This document shows positions 29,740 through 39,982 of a DNA stretch of 64,000 nt, piece after piece; positions within the stretch are counted from its first letter, which is position 1; each line of letters opens with the position of its first letter. Origin of the DNA: Trueperaceae bacterium (GTDB taxonomy: Bacteria; Deinococcota; Deinococci; Deinococcales; Trueperaceae); assembly GCA_965215565.1 (NCBI GenBank), contig CBDCDZ010000004.1:416001-480000 (forward strand), read 5' to 3'. The notes below the pieces were generated by a model. The model searched no databases. It had not been told where the DNA came from and saw only the letters and a program-made list of their open reading frames with translations. The position numbers and the translations under genes were made by a program.

Positions 29740-31071
29740 TCAGGCGACGAGTTCTTCAGGCGTCTGGTCTTCCCAGCAGAGCGCTCGGTAGTCCAAGCCT
29801 GCGGGCGCGTCGGCAAAGAGTCCAGCTAAATCCAAGACCTTGGTGCCCGCGGGCGCTGCGAGCAGCGCTTGCCTGAATTCGTCAGTGGCGTGCGTGACGA
29901 TAATAAGCTCGGCGCGGCTGAGCGCCCCCTCGAGGTCATCGGTGAGCAGCGCTTCGAAGTGAGGCAAGTTCTGCTGGATAAAGCTGAGGTTCGCCCCCAT
30001 CAGGTTCGCTTGGTAGACGGCGCTGTCGTAGATCGTCACCTCACGCCCCTCGCCGATGAGCGTTTTGACGAGCGGCACGGCGGGGCTTTCGCGCAAATCG
30101 TCCGTGTTCGGTTTGAAGGCGAGCCCCAAAACTGTGACGCGCGGGGCGTCGACGCGCAGGGCGGCTTCGCCGGCGAGGTCTACCATCGCCTGGTTGCTCA
30201 TAGGGAGGGCTCTGAGCATCGGCACGTCCACGTGTTTTTCGTTCGCATAGTGGATGAGCGCGCCTAAGTCTTTAGGCAAGCATGAGCCGCCGTAGGCAAA
30301 CCCCGGCTTCATGTAGGCGGGCGACACGTTGAGCTTAGTATCCTGCGTAATGATGTCCATGACTTCGCGTCCGTCCACACCGAAGCCCTTCGCGACGCGC
30401 CCTATCTCGTTCGCGAAGGCAATTTTCGCGGCGTGCCAGGTATTTGCGACGTATTTGACCATCTCAGCCACGGCGGGTTTCACAACGACGACGGGCGCGG
30501 CGAGCCCCGCGTAAATCTCGCGCACGGCAGCCTCGGCGACGGGGTCTTCCGTCCCGATGATCGTGTAGGGCGGCGCATCGTAGTCTTTGATCGCGGAGCC
30601 TTCGCGCAAGAACTCAGGGTTAAAGGCGACGTGAACAGGCGTTTCGCCGGCTTCTTCTTCTAGGATGGCGCGGCAGCGCTCCAGCGTGCCCGGCGGCACA
30701 GTGCTCCGTAAAACAACGACGTGAGACTCGCCCTTTTCGCGCACGGCTTTGCCAATCTCGCGGCACACTGTAAAAACGTAGCTCAAGTTGGGTCCGCCTT
30801 GGTCGTCGGGCGGCGTTCCCACGCTGATAAGCGACAGCTCGGACGCGGCAGCAGCTTGGAAAGCGTTGCCCGTCGTCTTGATGCGCTTGGCGCGGACGTA
30901 CTCGCCAAGTAACGCCTCCAAACCGGGCTCCACGATGTTCGACTTGCCACTGGCTAACAGCTCGAGCTTCGCCGCACTCACGTCCACGCCGGTTACCGTG
31001 TTGCCGTCGCGCGCTAAACACGCCGCTGTGACCGTTCCTACGTAGCCCAGACCAAATACGCTGATATTCAT
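29740..31071 (-). CDS. Nucleotide-sugar dehydrogenase (GDP-mannose/UDP-glucose 6-dehydrogenase, AlgD-like)
   Basis: ISVFGLGYVG, RSTVPPGT, NPEFLREGSA, PGFAYGGSCLPKD, GLAFKPNTDDLRESP. Confidence 0.92.
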   Translation of the reverse strand: MNISVFGLGYVGTVTAACLARDGNTVTGVDVSAAKLELLASGKSNIVEPGLEALLGEYVRAKRIKTTGNAFQAAAASELSLISVGTPPDDQGGPNLSYVFTVCREIGKAVREKGESHVVVLRSTVPPGTLERCRAILEEEAGETPVHVAFNPEFLREGSAIKDYDAPPYTIIGTEDPVAEAAVREIYAGLAAPVVVVKPAVAEMVKYVANTWHAAKIAFANEIGRVAKGFGVDGREVMDIITQDTKLNVSPAYMKPGFAYGGSCLPKDLGALIHYANEKHVDVPMLRALPMSNQAMVDLAGEAALRVDAPRVTVLGLAFKPNTDDLRESPAVPLVKTLIGEGREVTIYDSAVYQANLMGANLSFIQQNLPHFEALLTDDLEGALSRAELIIVTHATDEFRQALLAAPAGTKVLDLAGLFADAPAGLDYRALCWEDQTPEELVA

Positions 31072-31532
31072 GAGGTTCTCCTAGCTATCTATAGCAGGTA
31101 TCGTCTAATTTAAGCCAATCTCACGAGATAGAACATGGTTGCCTGGCGGCGAACTACGTCATTCGCTTTGCGAAACCTTCGTCCCTACGGGCTTTCAGCA
31201 CACATTTTAGGGGATGAGGTTCCGTTACAGCGAGCTGTGAAATCTGCGTGATTCGCTTCTCAGCACTTCTGATAACCGCTATACTTGTGAGTTCAGGGTG
31301 TGCTGCCCTTTGGAGGTAGCTTAGCACGGCTATTCGATGTTGACGTTGTAAAATGACCATCTTTTCGGGAGCGGTTTGTGCCGAGAACTTCTACCACGCA
31401 GCTCGAGACGGTTAAAGCGCGCGGGGCGTCAATAGCAGCTCGAATAGCCGTGAAACCCGGTCACACCTCAGAGGAGTGTAAACCTCGAATGGGAAAGCGT
31501 GGTGAGACGACTCTGAGCCGCTAGCCGAACCT

Positions 31533-31566
31533 AAAAAGTAGAGGCTGAATTCAGCCTCTACTTTTT
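31533..31566. terminator. Intrinsic terminator after iscA
   Basis: AAAAAGTAGAGGCTGAATTCAGCCTCTACTTTTT. Confidence 0.8.
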
Positions 31567-31591
31567 ATTGCAGTCGAAATGTCCCGCTGGC

Positions 31592-31963
31592 TCAGTGGCA
31601 GCTTGGCGCGCCCTCACCGTCAGGGGCGCTCTTGCCGTCGGTACGAAACGAACTGCCGCAGCCGCACGCGCTCGTCGCGTTGGGGTTGTTCACACTGAAG
31701 CCGCCGCCCATCATGTTCTCGACGTAGTCGACTTCGGAGCCGTCCAAGAGCGGCAGGCTCATCTTGTCGACGACTAAACGCACGCCTCTATCTTCGAAGA
31801 TAGTATCGCCTTCTAAAGCGCGCTCGTCAATCGCCATGCCATACGAATAGCCACTGCAGCCACCCGACTTGACGAACACGCGGATCGCCGCGTCAGTTTT
31901 TTGATTTGTTTGGAGCAGTTGGCTCGCTTTGTGAGCGCCCGCATCCGTAAAACTCAAAGCCAT
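31592..31963 (-). CDS. iscA: Fe-S cluster assembly accessory protein (HesB/IscA)
   Basis: [25 protein letters not shown]. Confidence 0.93.
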   Translation of the reverse strand: MALSFTDAGAHKASQLLQTNQKTDAAIRVFVKSGGCSGYSYGMAIDERALEGDTIFEDRGVRLVVDKMSLPLLDGSEVDYVENMMGGGFSVNNPNATSACGCGSSFRTDGKSAPDGEGAPSCH

Positions 31964-32682
31964 CGTGTCCTCCTAGAGCGCCCTGGGGCGCGTTACACTA
32001 CAAAGTATAGCACGCTAGCACGTGGATGTGAGGTGCGCAGCTTGCGGTAGGCTGAGCTTCAAGGAGCCCGGTCAAGTGAGTGGCGCGCTCATTGCGTTAG
32101 GCTTAGGGGTCGGTTAAACCGTACGAACGCCCTCGAGCTAGGCTTTAGCATAGTTGTGACGAGGTCTAAGGGCCGACTTACGCGGAATTGCACGCTTTAC
32201 TTATCCTTGCGGAGAGCGTTAGAGCTTACCATCCGTGAAGGGCATGACTTAGCTCGTAAACCAGTAGCAGTTCCACAAAACACTAAGATAAAATGCCGCA
32301 GGTATCATCGCAGAATGTGTGTGCTAAACGGTGCTTCGTATAGTGAGAGCGTCTCCGACCAGATGATACCTGCTACAAGTTACAGGGCTTACGCATGTAG
32401 ATTCGTGAGGTCTTATTCGCATACGATCAAATAACTCTTCAAAGGGCGGAACCCGGCTTTACTCTCAGCGAACGTTGTTTTCGTTTCTAAAGGTTTACAG
32501 CAACCTCTCAGAGAATTGGCGTACATGCGTACGCCCTGGCCAAGTTATGCAAGCTCGTATTAGCAAGCCAAGGAAGCGTGGCGCGAACGCCTCGAGACCC
32601 GTGAGATCGAGGTTCTACCGGTGGCGCACTCGAGTGACCGATTTCAAGTTTTTCGCCTGCGCGCGTGCTACATTGGGGCGTT

Positions 32683-33954
32683 ATGCGTATTATCTACCTT
32701 CACCAATACTTTACCACCCCCGAGCGCGTCGGCGGCATACGTTCCTATGAGATGGCGCGGCGGCTCGTCGCGGCGGGCCACGAGGTGCACATGATCACCT
32801 CGAGTAACGCGCCCACGACGCAAACCGACTGGTTCGAGACCGAAGAGGCGGGCATTCACGTCCACTGGCTACCGGTCCCCTACTCGAACCGCCAGAGCGC
32901 CTTAGAACGCGTCAAGGGCTTTTTACGCTTCGCTTACGGCTCATTGCGCAGGGCGGCGGCGCTGGACGGCGACGTGATTTTCGCAACGAGTACGCCCTTA
33001 ACCATCGCGATTCCGGGGCTCTACGCCTCTTGGCGCAAAAAGATACCGTTGGTCTTTGAGGTGCGTGACCTGTGGCCCGAAGCGCCTGTGCAGATGGGCG
33101 TCTTGACCTCTAAGCCCCTCATCGCCGCCGCAAAACGCTTGGAGCGCGAGGCGTACCGGCGCTCGAGCCACGTCGTTGCGCTCTCGCCGGGGATGAAAGC
33201 GGGCGTCGTTAATGAGGGCGTGCCAGCGGAGCGCGTCACGGTCATCCCGAACGCCTCGGACTTAGACCTCTTTCAGCCTGGGCTAGACGGCAGCGAGTTC
33301 CGCAAAAGCTTCGGTTTGGAGGGCAAAACGGTTTTTATTTATTTCGGCACGATGGGGCCTGCCAACGGCCTCGGCTTCGTGCTAGACAGCGCGGCTGAAC
33401 TCAAAAAGCGCGGACGCGACGATATCGCTATCCTCTTACACGGCGACGGCAAAGAGCGTGACATGTTGGAGGCGCGTAAAGAGGCGGAGGGACTCTCGAA
33501 CGTGACCTTCTCGAGCTGGGACAAGCACCGCGACGACATCGCCCGCTTGGTGGCTTCCGCCGACGTCGCCATGACGATCTACAGAAACGTCCCGGTGCTC
33601 TACACCTGCTCGCCGAACAAAATGTTCGACTCCTTCTCGGCGGGCAAACCCGTCCTGACGAATATGCCGGGCTGGTTGGGCGGACTCGTGGAGAAAAACC
33701 GCGCGGGCGTCTTCGTCGAGCCAGACGATACCTCAGACTTTGCGGACAAGGCTGAACACTTAGCGGACAACCCCGAACTGCGCCGCGAGTTCGGCGAGAA
33801 CGCCCGCAAGCTCGCCGAAGCGGACTTTTCACGCGATAAGCTCGCCGCGAAGTTGGAGCGCATCCTCGTCGAGGCGGCGCGCACGAAGGCGGGTCAGCCC
33901 GCTCCCGTCGACGTGGCGGACAGCTTAGGCGGGGTCGAGGGTCAGCCTACCTAG
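32683..33954 (+). CDS. Glycosyltransferase family 4 (WbuB-like)
   Basis: MRIIYLHQYF, FEVRDLWPE, SPNKMFD, GKPVL. Confidence 0.92.
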   Translation: MRIIYLHQYFTTPERVGGIRSYEMARRLVAAGHEVHMITSSNAPTTQTDWFETEEAGIHVHWLPVPYSNRQSALERVKGFLRFAYGSLRRAAALDGDVIFATSTPLTIAIPGLYASWRKKIPLVFEVRDLWPEAPVQMGVLTSKPLIAAAKRLEREAYRRSSHVVALSPGMKAGVVNEGVPAERVTVIPNASDLDLFQPGLDGSEFRKSFGLEGKTVFIYFGTMGPANGLGFVLDSAAELKKRGRDDIAILLHGDGKERDMLEARKEAEGLSNVTFSSWDKHRDDIARLVASADVAMTIYRNVPVLYTCSPNKMFDSFSAGKPVLTNMPGWLGGLVEKNRAGVFVEPDDTSDFADKAEHLADNPELRREFGENARKLAEADFSRDKLAAKLERILVEAARTKAGQPAPVDVADSLGGVEGQPT

Positions 33955-34020
33955 TATTCTTGGAAGCGTCCGCGGGGGTTGGCAAACCCTGCTAAGACTT
34001 GCTATACTGGCAAGTCTTAT

Positions 34021-34093
<73 letters not shown>

Positions 34094-34097
34094 TTAA

Positions 34098-34127
34098 AAA
34101 CGCCCCCACCATGCAGTGGGGGCGTTT
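34098..34127. terminator. Hairpin terminator between tRNA-Trp and tal
   Basis: AAACGCCCCCAC-catgca-GTGGGGGCGTTT. Confidence 0.7.
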
Positions 34128-34143
34128 GCTTTTATACGTTTTG

Positions 34144-35283
34144 TTACGCAGTCTCGAGTACCTCATTGCGCTTCGTTTCGATCGTTTCCATCAAGCTGTC
34201 GAAGGGCTTGACGAACTTGTCCACCCCTTCGTCCGTGAGTTGCTGCGTCATCTCATCGATGCCAATCCCCATATCTTTAAGTTTATCCAGCGTCTTGCGA
34301 GCCTCGTCCGCGCCATCTTCTAAACGCGCTTCGGGCTGACCGTGGTCACGGTACGCCTCCAGGGTCTCCATCGGCATCGTGTTGACTGTTTCAGGACCGA
34401 TGAGCGCCTCGACGTACTTCACATCTTCGTAAGCGTCGTCTTTAACGCTGGTGCTCGCCCAGAGGAGGCGCTGCGGCTTCGCGCCTTTTTCAGCGAGCGC
34501 CCCGAAGCGTTCGCCCTCAAAGACCTCTTTATAAATCTGATAAGCCTGCTTCGCGCTGGCGATGGCGACTTCCCCGCGCAGGGCTCTGGCGGTGTCGGCG
34601 TCTTCGGGGCTCGAGTCGATGAGTTGGTCGAGCTTGCCGTCAATGAGCACGTCGATGCGGCTCAGGAAGAAGCTGGCAACCGAGGCGATGCCCTCTATAG
34701 ACTCGCCCTGCTCGAGGCGCTTTTCCAAGCCTTCCATATAGGCTTGCGTGACCTCCCGGTAGCGCGGCAGACCGAAGAGCAGGGTCACGTTGACGCTGAT
34801 GCCCTCGCTGATAAGCTGCGTGATCGCCTTTAACCCTTCTTGTGTACCCGGCACCTTGATAAAGACGTTGGGGCGCTCCAACATCGCCCAGAGCTTGCGC
34901 CCCTCTTCGGCGGTGCCTTGGGCGTCATGCGCGAGGTGCGGTGAGACCTCTAAGCTTACGAAACCGCGCTCGCCACTATGCTCATCGTAGAGGGGGCGGA
35001 AGCGGTCGGCGGCGTCGCGGATGTCTTGGGTAGCTAGCTCGAAGTAGATTTCTTCCGCGCTCTTGCCATTTTGCGCGAGTTCGCGAATTGCGCCGTCGTA
35101 CTCGTCACTGTCGGCGATGGCTTTCTGAAAGATGGACGGGTTCGAGGTGATGCCGCGCAGCCCGTCCTCTTCTATGAGCTTGTCCAGCTCGCCGCTCTCG
35201 ATGAGACCGCGCCGGATGTCGTCGAGCCACGGGGCTTGTCCAAAGTCGCTGAGCTTTTTAAGTGCGTTCATCGTCTCCTCCAT
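34144..35283 (-). CDS. tal: Transaldolase
   Basis: GITSNPSIF, FVSLEVSP, FIKVPGT, NVTLLF, SVASFFLSRID, QRLLWASTS. Confidence 0.95.
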   Translation of the reverse strand: MEETMNALKKLSDFGQAPWLDDIRRGLIESGELDKLIEEDGLRGITSNPSIFQKAIADSDEYDGAIRELAQNGKSAEEIYFELATQDIRDAADRFRPLYDEHSGERGFVSLEVSPHLAHDAQGTAEEGRKLWAMLERPNVFIKVPGTQEGLKAITQLISEGISVNVTLLFGLPRYREVTQAYMEGLEKRLEQGESIEGIASVASFFLSRIDVLIDGKLDQLIDSSPEDADTARALRGEVAIASAKQAYQIYKEVFEGERFGALAEKGAKPQRLLWASTSVKDDAYEDVKYVEALIGPETVNTMPMETLEAYRDHGQPEARLEDGADEARKTLDKLKDMGIGIDEMTQQLTDEGVDKFVKPFDSLMETIETKRNEVLETA

Positions 35284-35779
35284 GTGCTGTGTCTTTATAG
35301 ACTGTGTCCTCGAGTGACACCCTGAACCTGCGCTTCTCTACGGGTATTCTCTCCATGAGCGTTCCCCCTCGTCCTCGTCATACGCTTTTTGACCCAACAG
35401 CAGCGTCACACCTGCATTTCTTGCGCTCCCCCCTACTATAGACCCCTCACTATAGACCTACGTCAAGCTCGTTACAAGGGTTAGTAATAACCATTAAACG
35501 AAAGATTTCACAACATTTTAGCTCGTGAATATTTTGTTTCGTAGAAGGTGTGGTTTACGGTCCCTACCTAGAGGTGCCCAAGGCGAGCCGCTAAAGATGA
35601 GCCGCATTCAGACCCCTGCTGACACGCTGTTTTTAACTTCGCTCGCAAAAGTCTGTAAGGGTGCTACTTGGCATACAAAGCAAACCGAGTAAGCTTGAGC
35701 TTATGTAACTGTATACTCAATTCATATCGGTCTAAGAGGTGGGGCAGCCGGGCGCGGCGCGCGTCATGAGGGAGTAGGG

Positions 35780-36451
35780 ATGAAGGACAAACTTCGCGAG
35801 TACAGTTCTGAAGAGATCACCGTGACTTGGAGCAAGGCGCGCTGCGTCCACGTTGCCGCGTGCATCCGGGGCTTACCGGACGTCTTCGACACGGATCAGA
35901 AGCCCTGGATACAGCCGAGCCGGGCGCGGGCGCAAGAGGTGGCGGACGTCGTCACGCAGTGCCCGACGGGTGCCTTGCACTTTAGCAGAGATGGGGCGGC
36001 AGAAGAGGTGGCGGCGCGCAACACGGTTCAGGTTACGGAAGACGGCCCGCTCTACTTGCGCGGGGACATCTCGCTCCGCTCGCCCTCCGGCGAGGCGCGC
36101 CTGGGCGACACCCGCGTAGCGCTCTGCCGCTGCGGGGCGTCGGGGCACCAACCCCTCTGCGACGGCTCACACAAGGGTGCAGGCTTTCGAGACCGAGGCG
36201 AACTCGGCAACGTACAGCTCGGCGAAAGAGGGGGAGAAGGGCGACTAGAGGTCACCCCTATGGTGCAGGGACCGCTTGCACTGGACGGACCCTTCGAGCT
36301 TGTCGGCGCGGACGGCGAACGCGAAAGCGGTGTGCGCGCCGCGCTATGTCGCTGCGGGGCGTCGGGCAACAAGCCTTTCTGCGACGGGACGCACCGAGGG
36401 ATCGGCTTCGCGCCGGACGACTCACTCATAGGCAGTGACGATGAACACTAG
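35780..36451 (+). CDS. Divergent 4Fe-4S domain + tandem CDGSH iron-sulfur domain protein
   Basis: CVHVAACIRGLP..QCPTGAL; two LCRCG.S...P.CDG(S/T)H motifs. Confidence 0.9.
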   Translation: MKDKLREYSSEEITVTWSKARCVHVAACIRGLPDVFDTDQKPWIQPSRARAQEVADVVTQCPTGALHFSRDGAAEEVAARNTVQVTEDGPLYLRGDISLRSPSGEARLGDTRVALCRCGASGHQPLCDGSHKGAGFRDRGELGNVQLGERGGEGRLEVTPMVQGPLALDGPFELVGADGERESGVRAALCRCGASGNKPFCDGTHRGIGFAPDDSLIGSDDEH

Positions 36452-38510
36452 CGTGCGAAGGGCGCTTCTCGGGACGCTCGCGCTGCTCGCCCTCCCCGTC
36501 GCCTTCGCCGCCGGGGGGATGCCCGACTTCTTCGCGGAGGTCTCTATTCTCATCGTCGCGAGCGCGGCTGTCGGCTACGGCTGCTTCCGTCTGGGGCTCG
36601 TACCGATCATCGGCTTTTTGCTGACGGGCGTGCTCTTAGGCGTGACGGGGCTCGTCGACAACCCTGAACTCGTCGACGCGACCGCAGAGGTCGGTGTGAT
36701 CTTGCTGCTCTTCACCATCGGCATCGAGTTCAGCCTGGACAACCTCATGCGCATCCGTCGGCTCCTATTCGTCGGGGGCGGCGTGCAAGTCGGGCTCGTG
36801 ACCCTCGTGGTGACAGCCGTCATGCTCCTCGCGGGCGTGGACTGGCGCGCGTCGCTCTTCACAGGGATGCTCGTCGCGCTCTCCTCGACGGCCATCGTGA
36901 TGAAACTGCTAGACAATCGCGGCGAGACGAACGCGCCCGCCGGTCAGATTTCACTGGGAATTCTGATCTTTCAAGATTTGGCGGTGGTGGGGATGGTCAT
37001 CCTCGTGCCGATCTTGGGGGGCGAAGGGACGACGCTGGGGAGTGTCGCCTTCTCGCTCGGCAGCGCGGCGGCGATCATCGCGGCGATCTTGCTCCTCGCG
37101 CGGCGGGTCATGCCGACGATGCTAGAGGCGCTCGCGCGCACCTGTTCGCAGGAGATTTTCGTCCTGGGCGTGATCGCGGTCTGCTTCGGAACGGCGTATC
37201 TGACGGGCTTAGCGGGCGTCAGCCTCTCCTTAGGCGCGTTTTTAGCGGGGCTCTTGGTGAGTGAGAGCCGCTTCGGGTCGCAGGCGCTAGGCGAGATTCT
37301 GCCCCTACAGATCGTTTTTAGCGCCGCCTTTTTCGTGTCGGTGGGACTTCTTTTAGACGTCGCGTTCCTGGTGCAAAACCTGCCCGTGATCCTCGCGGTC
37401 ATCGCGGGCGTGCTGCTCGTTAAGACGCTGGCGGCGGCGGCCGGGGCGCTCGTGCTAGGGTATCCGCTCGGCGTCGCACTCGCAGCGGGGCTTACGCTCG
37501 CCCAAGTGGGGGAGTTCTCGTTCGTGCTGCAGCGCTCCGGGAGCGACGTGGGGCTCTTTCCGGCGGGCTTAGCGGGCGCGGGCGAGCAGACCATCATCGC
37601 CGCGACGGTGCTGCTCATGGGCGTCACGCCCAACTTAGCGACGCTGGGTAACACGCTGAGCGCGCGCTTAGCGCGCCGCCGCAAAGCGCAAGAACGCGCG
37701 GCGGCGGGTGCAGATGAGGGTGAAGCCGAGGGCTTGGGTGACCTGGACGATCACGTGCTCATCGCGGGCTACGGCGCAGGGGGCAAGCTGCTCGCTTCGG
37801 CGCTGCAGCGCGAAGAGGTCCCCTTCGGTGTCGTCACGCTGAGCCCGGCAGGAGCAAGCGAGGCAGAAGCGGCGGGGATGCGGGCGATGCGCGGCGACTA
37901 CGCGAAGACGTTTATCTTAGATCAGGCGGGTGTGGGGCGTTCGAGGATGCTCGCCATCTTAGACGACGAGCCCGAGCACGCGGGGCGGGTTATCGAGCTC
38001 GTGCGCGGTTTCGACCGCGAGCTTCCTATCTTGACGCGGGCGCAGTTCTATAGCGGGGCGCTCTCGCTCAAGCGCGCAGGCTCTACGGTTGCCACCGCCG
38101 AGGAGATCGAGAGCTTGGTGCCGCTCCTCAGCAGCGTCTTGACCTCGTACGGCAGCCGCCGCCGCGATCCGAGCAGCGCGAGAACGCTGCTCATCGAAAG
38201 CGAACCCAACGTGAGCGTGGAAACCGTGCAGCTCAGCGAGCAGCAGCGCACCTCAGAAGCGTGCAGTCACCAGGAGCAGACCAAAGTCGTCACGCCCGAC
38301 GCCGAGGTCTGCTTAGACTGCGTAGCGCAGGGCGACACGTGGGTACACCTGCGCGTCTGCATGACCTGCGGGCACGTAGGCTGCTGCGACTCGTCGAAGA
38401 ACAAACATGCGAGCAAACACGCGCAGAAGGAGACGCACCCCATCATTAAATCGTTCGAGCAAGGGGAAAGCTGGGCGTACTGTTACAGGGACGAGGTGAC
38501 GCTAGCTTAG
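36441..38510 (+). CDS. CPA2 (Kef-type) cation:proton antiporter with TrkA-N and C-terminal UBP-type zinc finger
   Basis: LLFTIGIEFS, ALSSTAIV, ILIFQD, AQVGEFSFVL, IAGYGAGG; CLDC..WVHLRVCMTCGHVGCCDSSKNKHA..H..W.YCY. Confidence 0.9.
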   Translation: MNTSVRRALLGTLALLALPVAFAAGGMPDFFAEVSILIVASAAVGYGCFRLGLVPIIGFLLTGVLLGVTGLVDNPELVDATAEVGVILLLFTIGIEFSLDNLMRIRRLLFVGGGVQVGLVTLVVTAVMLLAGVDWRASLFTGMLVALSSTAIVMKLLDNRGETNAPAGQISLGILIFQDLAVVGMVILVPILGGEGTTLGSVAFSLGSAAAIIAAILLLARRVMPTMLEALARTCSQEIFVLGVIAVCFGTAYLTGLAGVSLSLGAFLAGLLVSESRFGSQALGEILPLQIVFSAAFFVSVGLLLDVAFLVQNLPVILAVIAGVLLVKTLAAAAGALVLGYPLGVALAAGLTLAQVGEFSFVLQRSGSDVGLFPAGLAGAGEQTIIAATVLLMGVTPNLATLGNTLSARLARRRKAQERAAAGADEGEAEGLGDLDDHVLIAGYGAGGKLLASALQREEVPFGVVTLSPAGASEAEAAGMRAMRGDYAKTFILDQAGVGRSRMLAILDDEPEHAGRVIELVRGFDRELPILTRAQFYSGALSLKRAGSTVATAEEIESLVPLLSSVLTSYGSRRRDPSSARTLLIESEPNVSVETVQLSEQQRTSEACSHQEQTKVVTPDAEVCLDCVAQGDTWVHLRVCMTCGHVGCCDSSKNKHASKHAQKETHPIIKSFEQGESWAYCYRDEVTLA

Positions 38511-38578
38511 CGTGCGCCGAGGGATTTGCTCGAGCAGGGCCCAACTGCCGCGCAAACGAGGATAGAAGACCGAGCCCC

Positions 38579-39619
38579 TTATGACCCAGGCACCTCGATC
38601 ATGACCTTGACCGCTCCGTCTTTGCCCTCTTCTGCGTACTCGAACCCTCTAAGCGTCTCCGCAAAGGGAAAACGGTGCGTGATCATCGGCGTGAGGTCCA
38701 CCTGACCAGACGCTAAAAGGCTGATAGCGGCAGGATAGGTGTAGACGTAGCGAAAAATCCCTCTGAGGTCCAGCTCTTTGATGGCGAGTTCAACTACCGG
38801 TACGCGGTAGCGCTCGGCGTCGCCTAAACCGACGACGACGACGGTGCCCCCTCTCGCCGCCGCGCTGAGGCAATAGCTGAGGGCGACTTCGGCTCCGGCG
38901 CATTCGATGGCGAGGTCTACGCCGCGCCCGTTCGTCTGTGCGTGGATGACCTCTCGAGTCTCCTCCTGCGCCGCATTAATCGTCGTCGTCGCGCCCATTC
39001 TTTTCGCAATCTCCAAACGAGCACCCCGCACGTCGCTGATGATGATTTGGCTTGCGCCCGCAGCTTTGGCAGCCGCTAAAGAGGTCAGCCCAATCGGACC
39101 CGCGCCTGCAATAAAAACGCTTTGCCCAGCTTGAAGATTGCCGCGCCGACAAGCGTGAATACCGACTGAAAGAGGTTCGATCAGCGCCGCTTCGTCTAAG
39201 CTGACGTTGTCGGGGATTTTGTAGGCGAAGTCGGCGGGCGACACGGCGTATTCTGATAAAGCGCCGTTCACTGGGGGCGTCGCAAAAAATTCGACATCCG
39301 GGCAGAGGTTGTAGCGTCCCGTTTTGCACCACTCGCAGCGGCGGCAGGGGACGCCGGGCTCTATCGCCACCCTATCCCCCACCTGCAAAGAGGTCACGTT
39401 CTCCCCCACTTCCGCTACCACACCCGCCACCTCGTGCCCCAAAATCATCGGCTCCTCGACGACGAAGTCCCCGATGCGCCCGGTGCGCAAATAGTGAACG
39501 TCCGAGCCGCACACGCCCACGGAGCGAATCGCGACTTTCACGTCGTCGGGACCGAAGTCGGGGGTGGAGACGTCCTCGAGGCGCAAATCCCTAGCTTGAT
39601 GTAAAACGGCTGCTTTCAT
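38579..39619 (-). CDS. Zn-dependent polyol (sorbitol/xylitol-type) dehydrogenase
   Basis: GVCGSDVHY, LGHE, CRRCEWCKTGRYNLC, GAGPIG, GIFRY. Confidence 0.9.
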   Translation of the reverse strand: MKAAVLHQARDLRLEDVSTPDFGPDDVKVAIRSVGVCGSDVHYLRTGRIGDFVVEEPMILGHEVAGVVAEVGENVTSLQVGDRVAIEPGVPCRRCEWCKTGRYNLCPDVEFFATPPVNGALSEYAVSPADFAYKIPDNVSLDEAALIEPLSVGIHACRRGNLQAGQSVFIAGAGPIGLTSLAAAKAAGASQIIISDVRGARLEIAKRMGATTTINAAQEETREVIHAQTNGRGVDLAIECAGAEVALSYCLSAAARGGTVVVVGLGDAERYRVPVVELAIKELDLRGIFRYVYTYPAAISLLASGQVDLTPMITHRFPFAETLRGFEYAEEGKDGAVKVMIEVPGS

Positions 39620-39694
39620 AGGGTTGACCTTTCGTAATATTTGAAAGAATTTAATTCCGAGTTGTAGGGTAACTCTACGTTAAACAGTTGTATA

Positions 39695-39952
39695 TCATCG
39701 CGAGCTAAGGGACGAGTGAAAAGTGACTTCGATGACTTGCTTATCTGACACAACGAAATGAGCGACTTGAGCTTTAGCAGACGGTTCTAAGTCGAGGTAT
39801 TCTTGCTCTAAGAAGTCCTCAACTTCTTCGGCAGCCCACGGTCCCAGCGACGCCTTAAAATCCTCGTACTCATCTTGGATTTCGCGCCAAGATGAGTACG
39901 ATTTTTTCGACAGCAACACACTATTTTTTAGGTAGATAATGTGTAATTTCAT
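39695..39952 (-). CDS. Small acidic hypothetical protein
   Basis: MKLHIIYLKNSVLLSKKSYSSWREIQDEYEDFKASLGPW..; AT-richer than its neighbours. Confidence 0.6.
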   Translation of the reverse strand: MKLHIIYLKNSVLLSKKSYSSWREIQDEYEDFKASLGPWAAEEVEDFLEQEYLDLEPSAKAQVAHFVVSDKQVIEVTFHSSLSSR

Positions 39953-39982
39953 AGCAGGCAAGCGTATTTAACCTCTCTCAGT

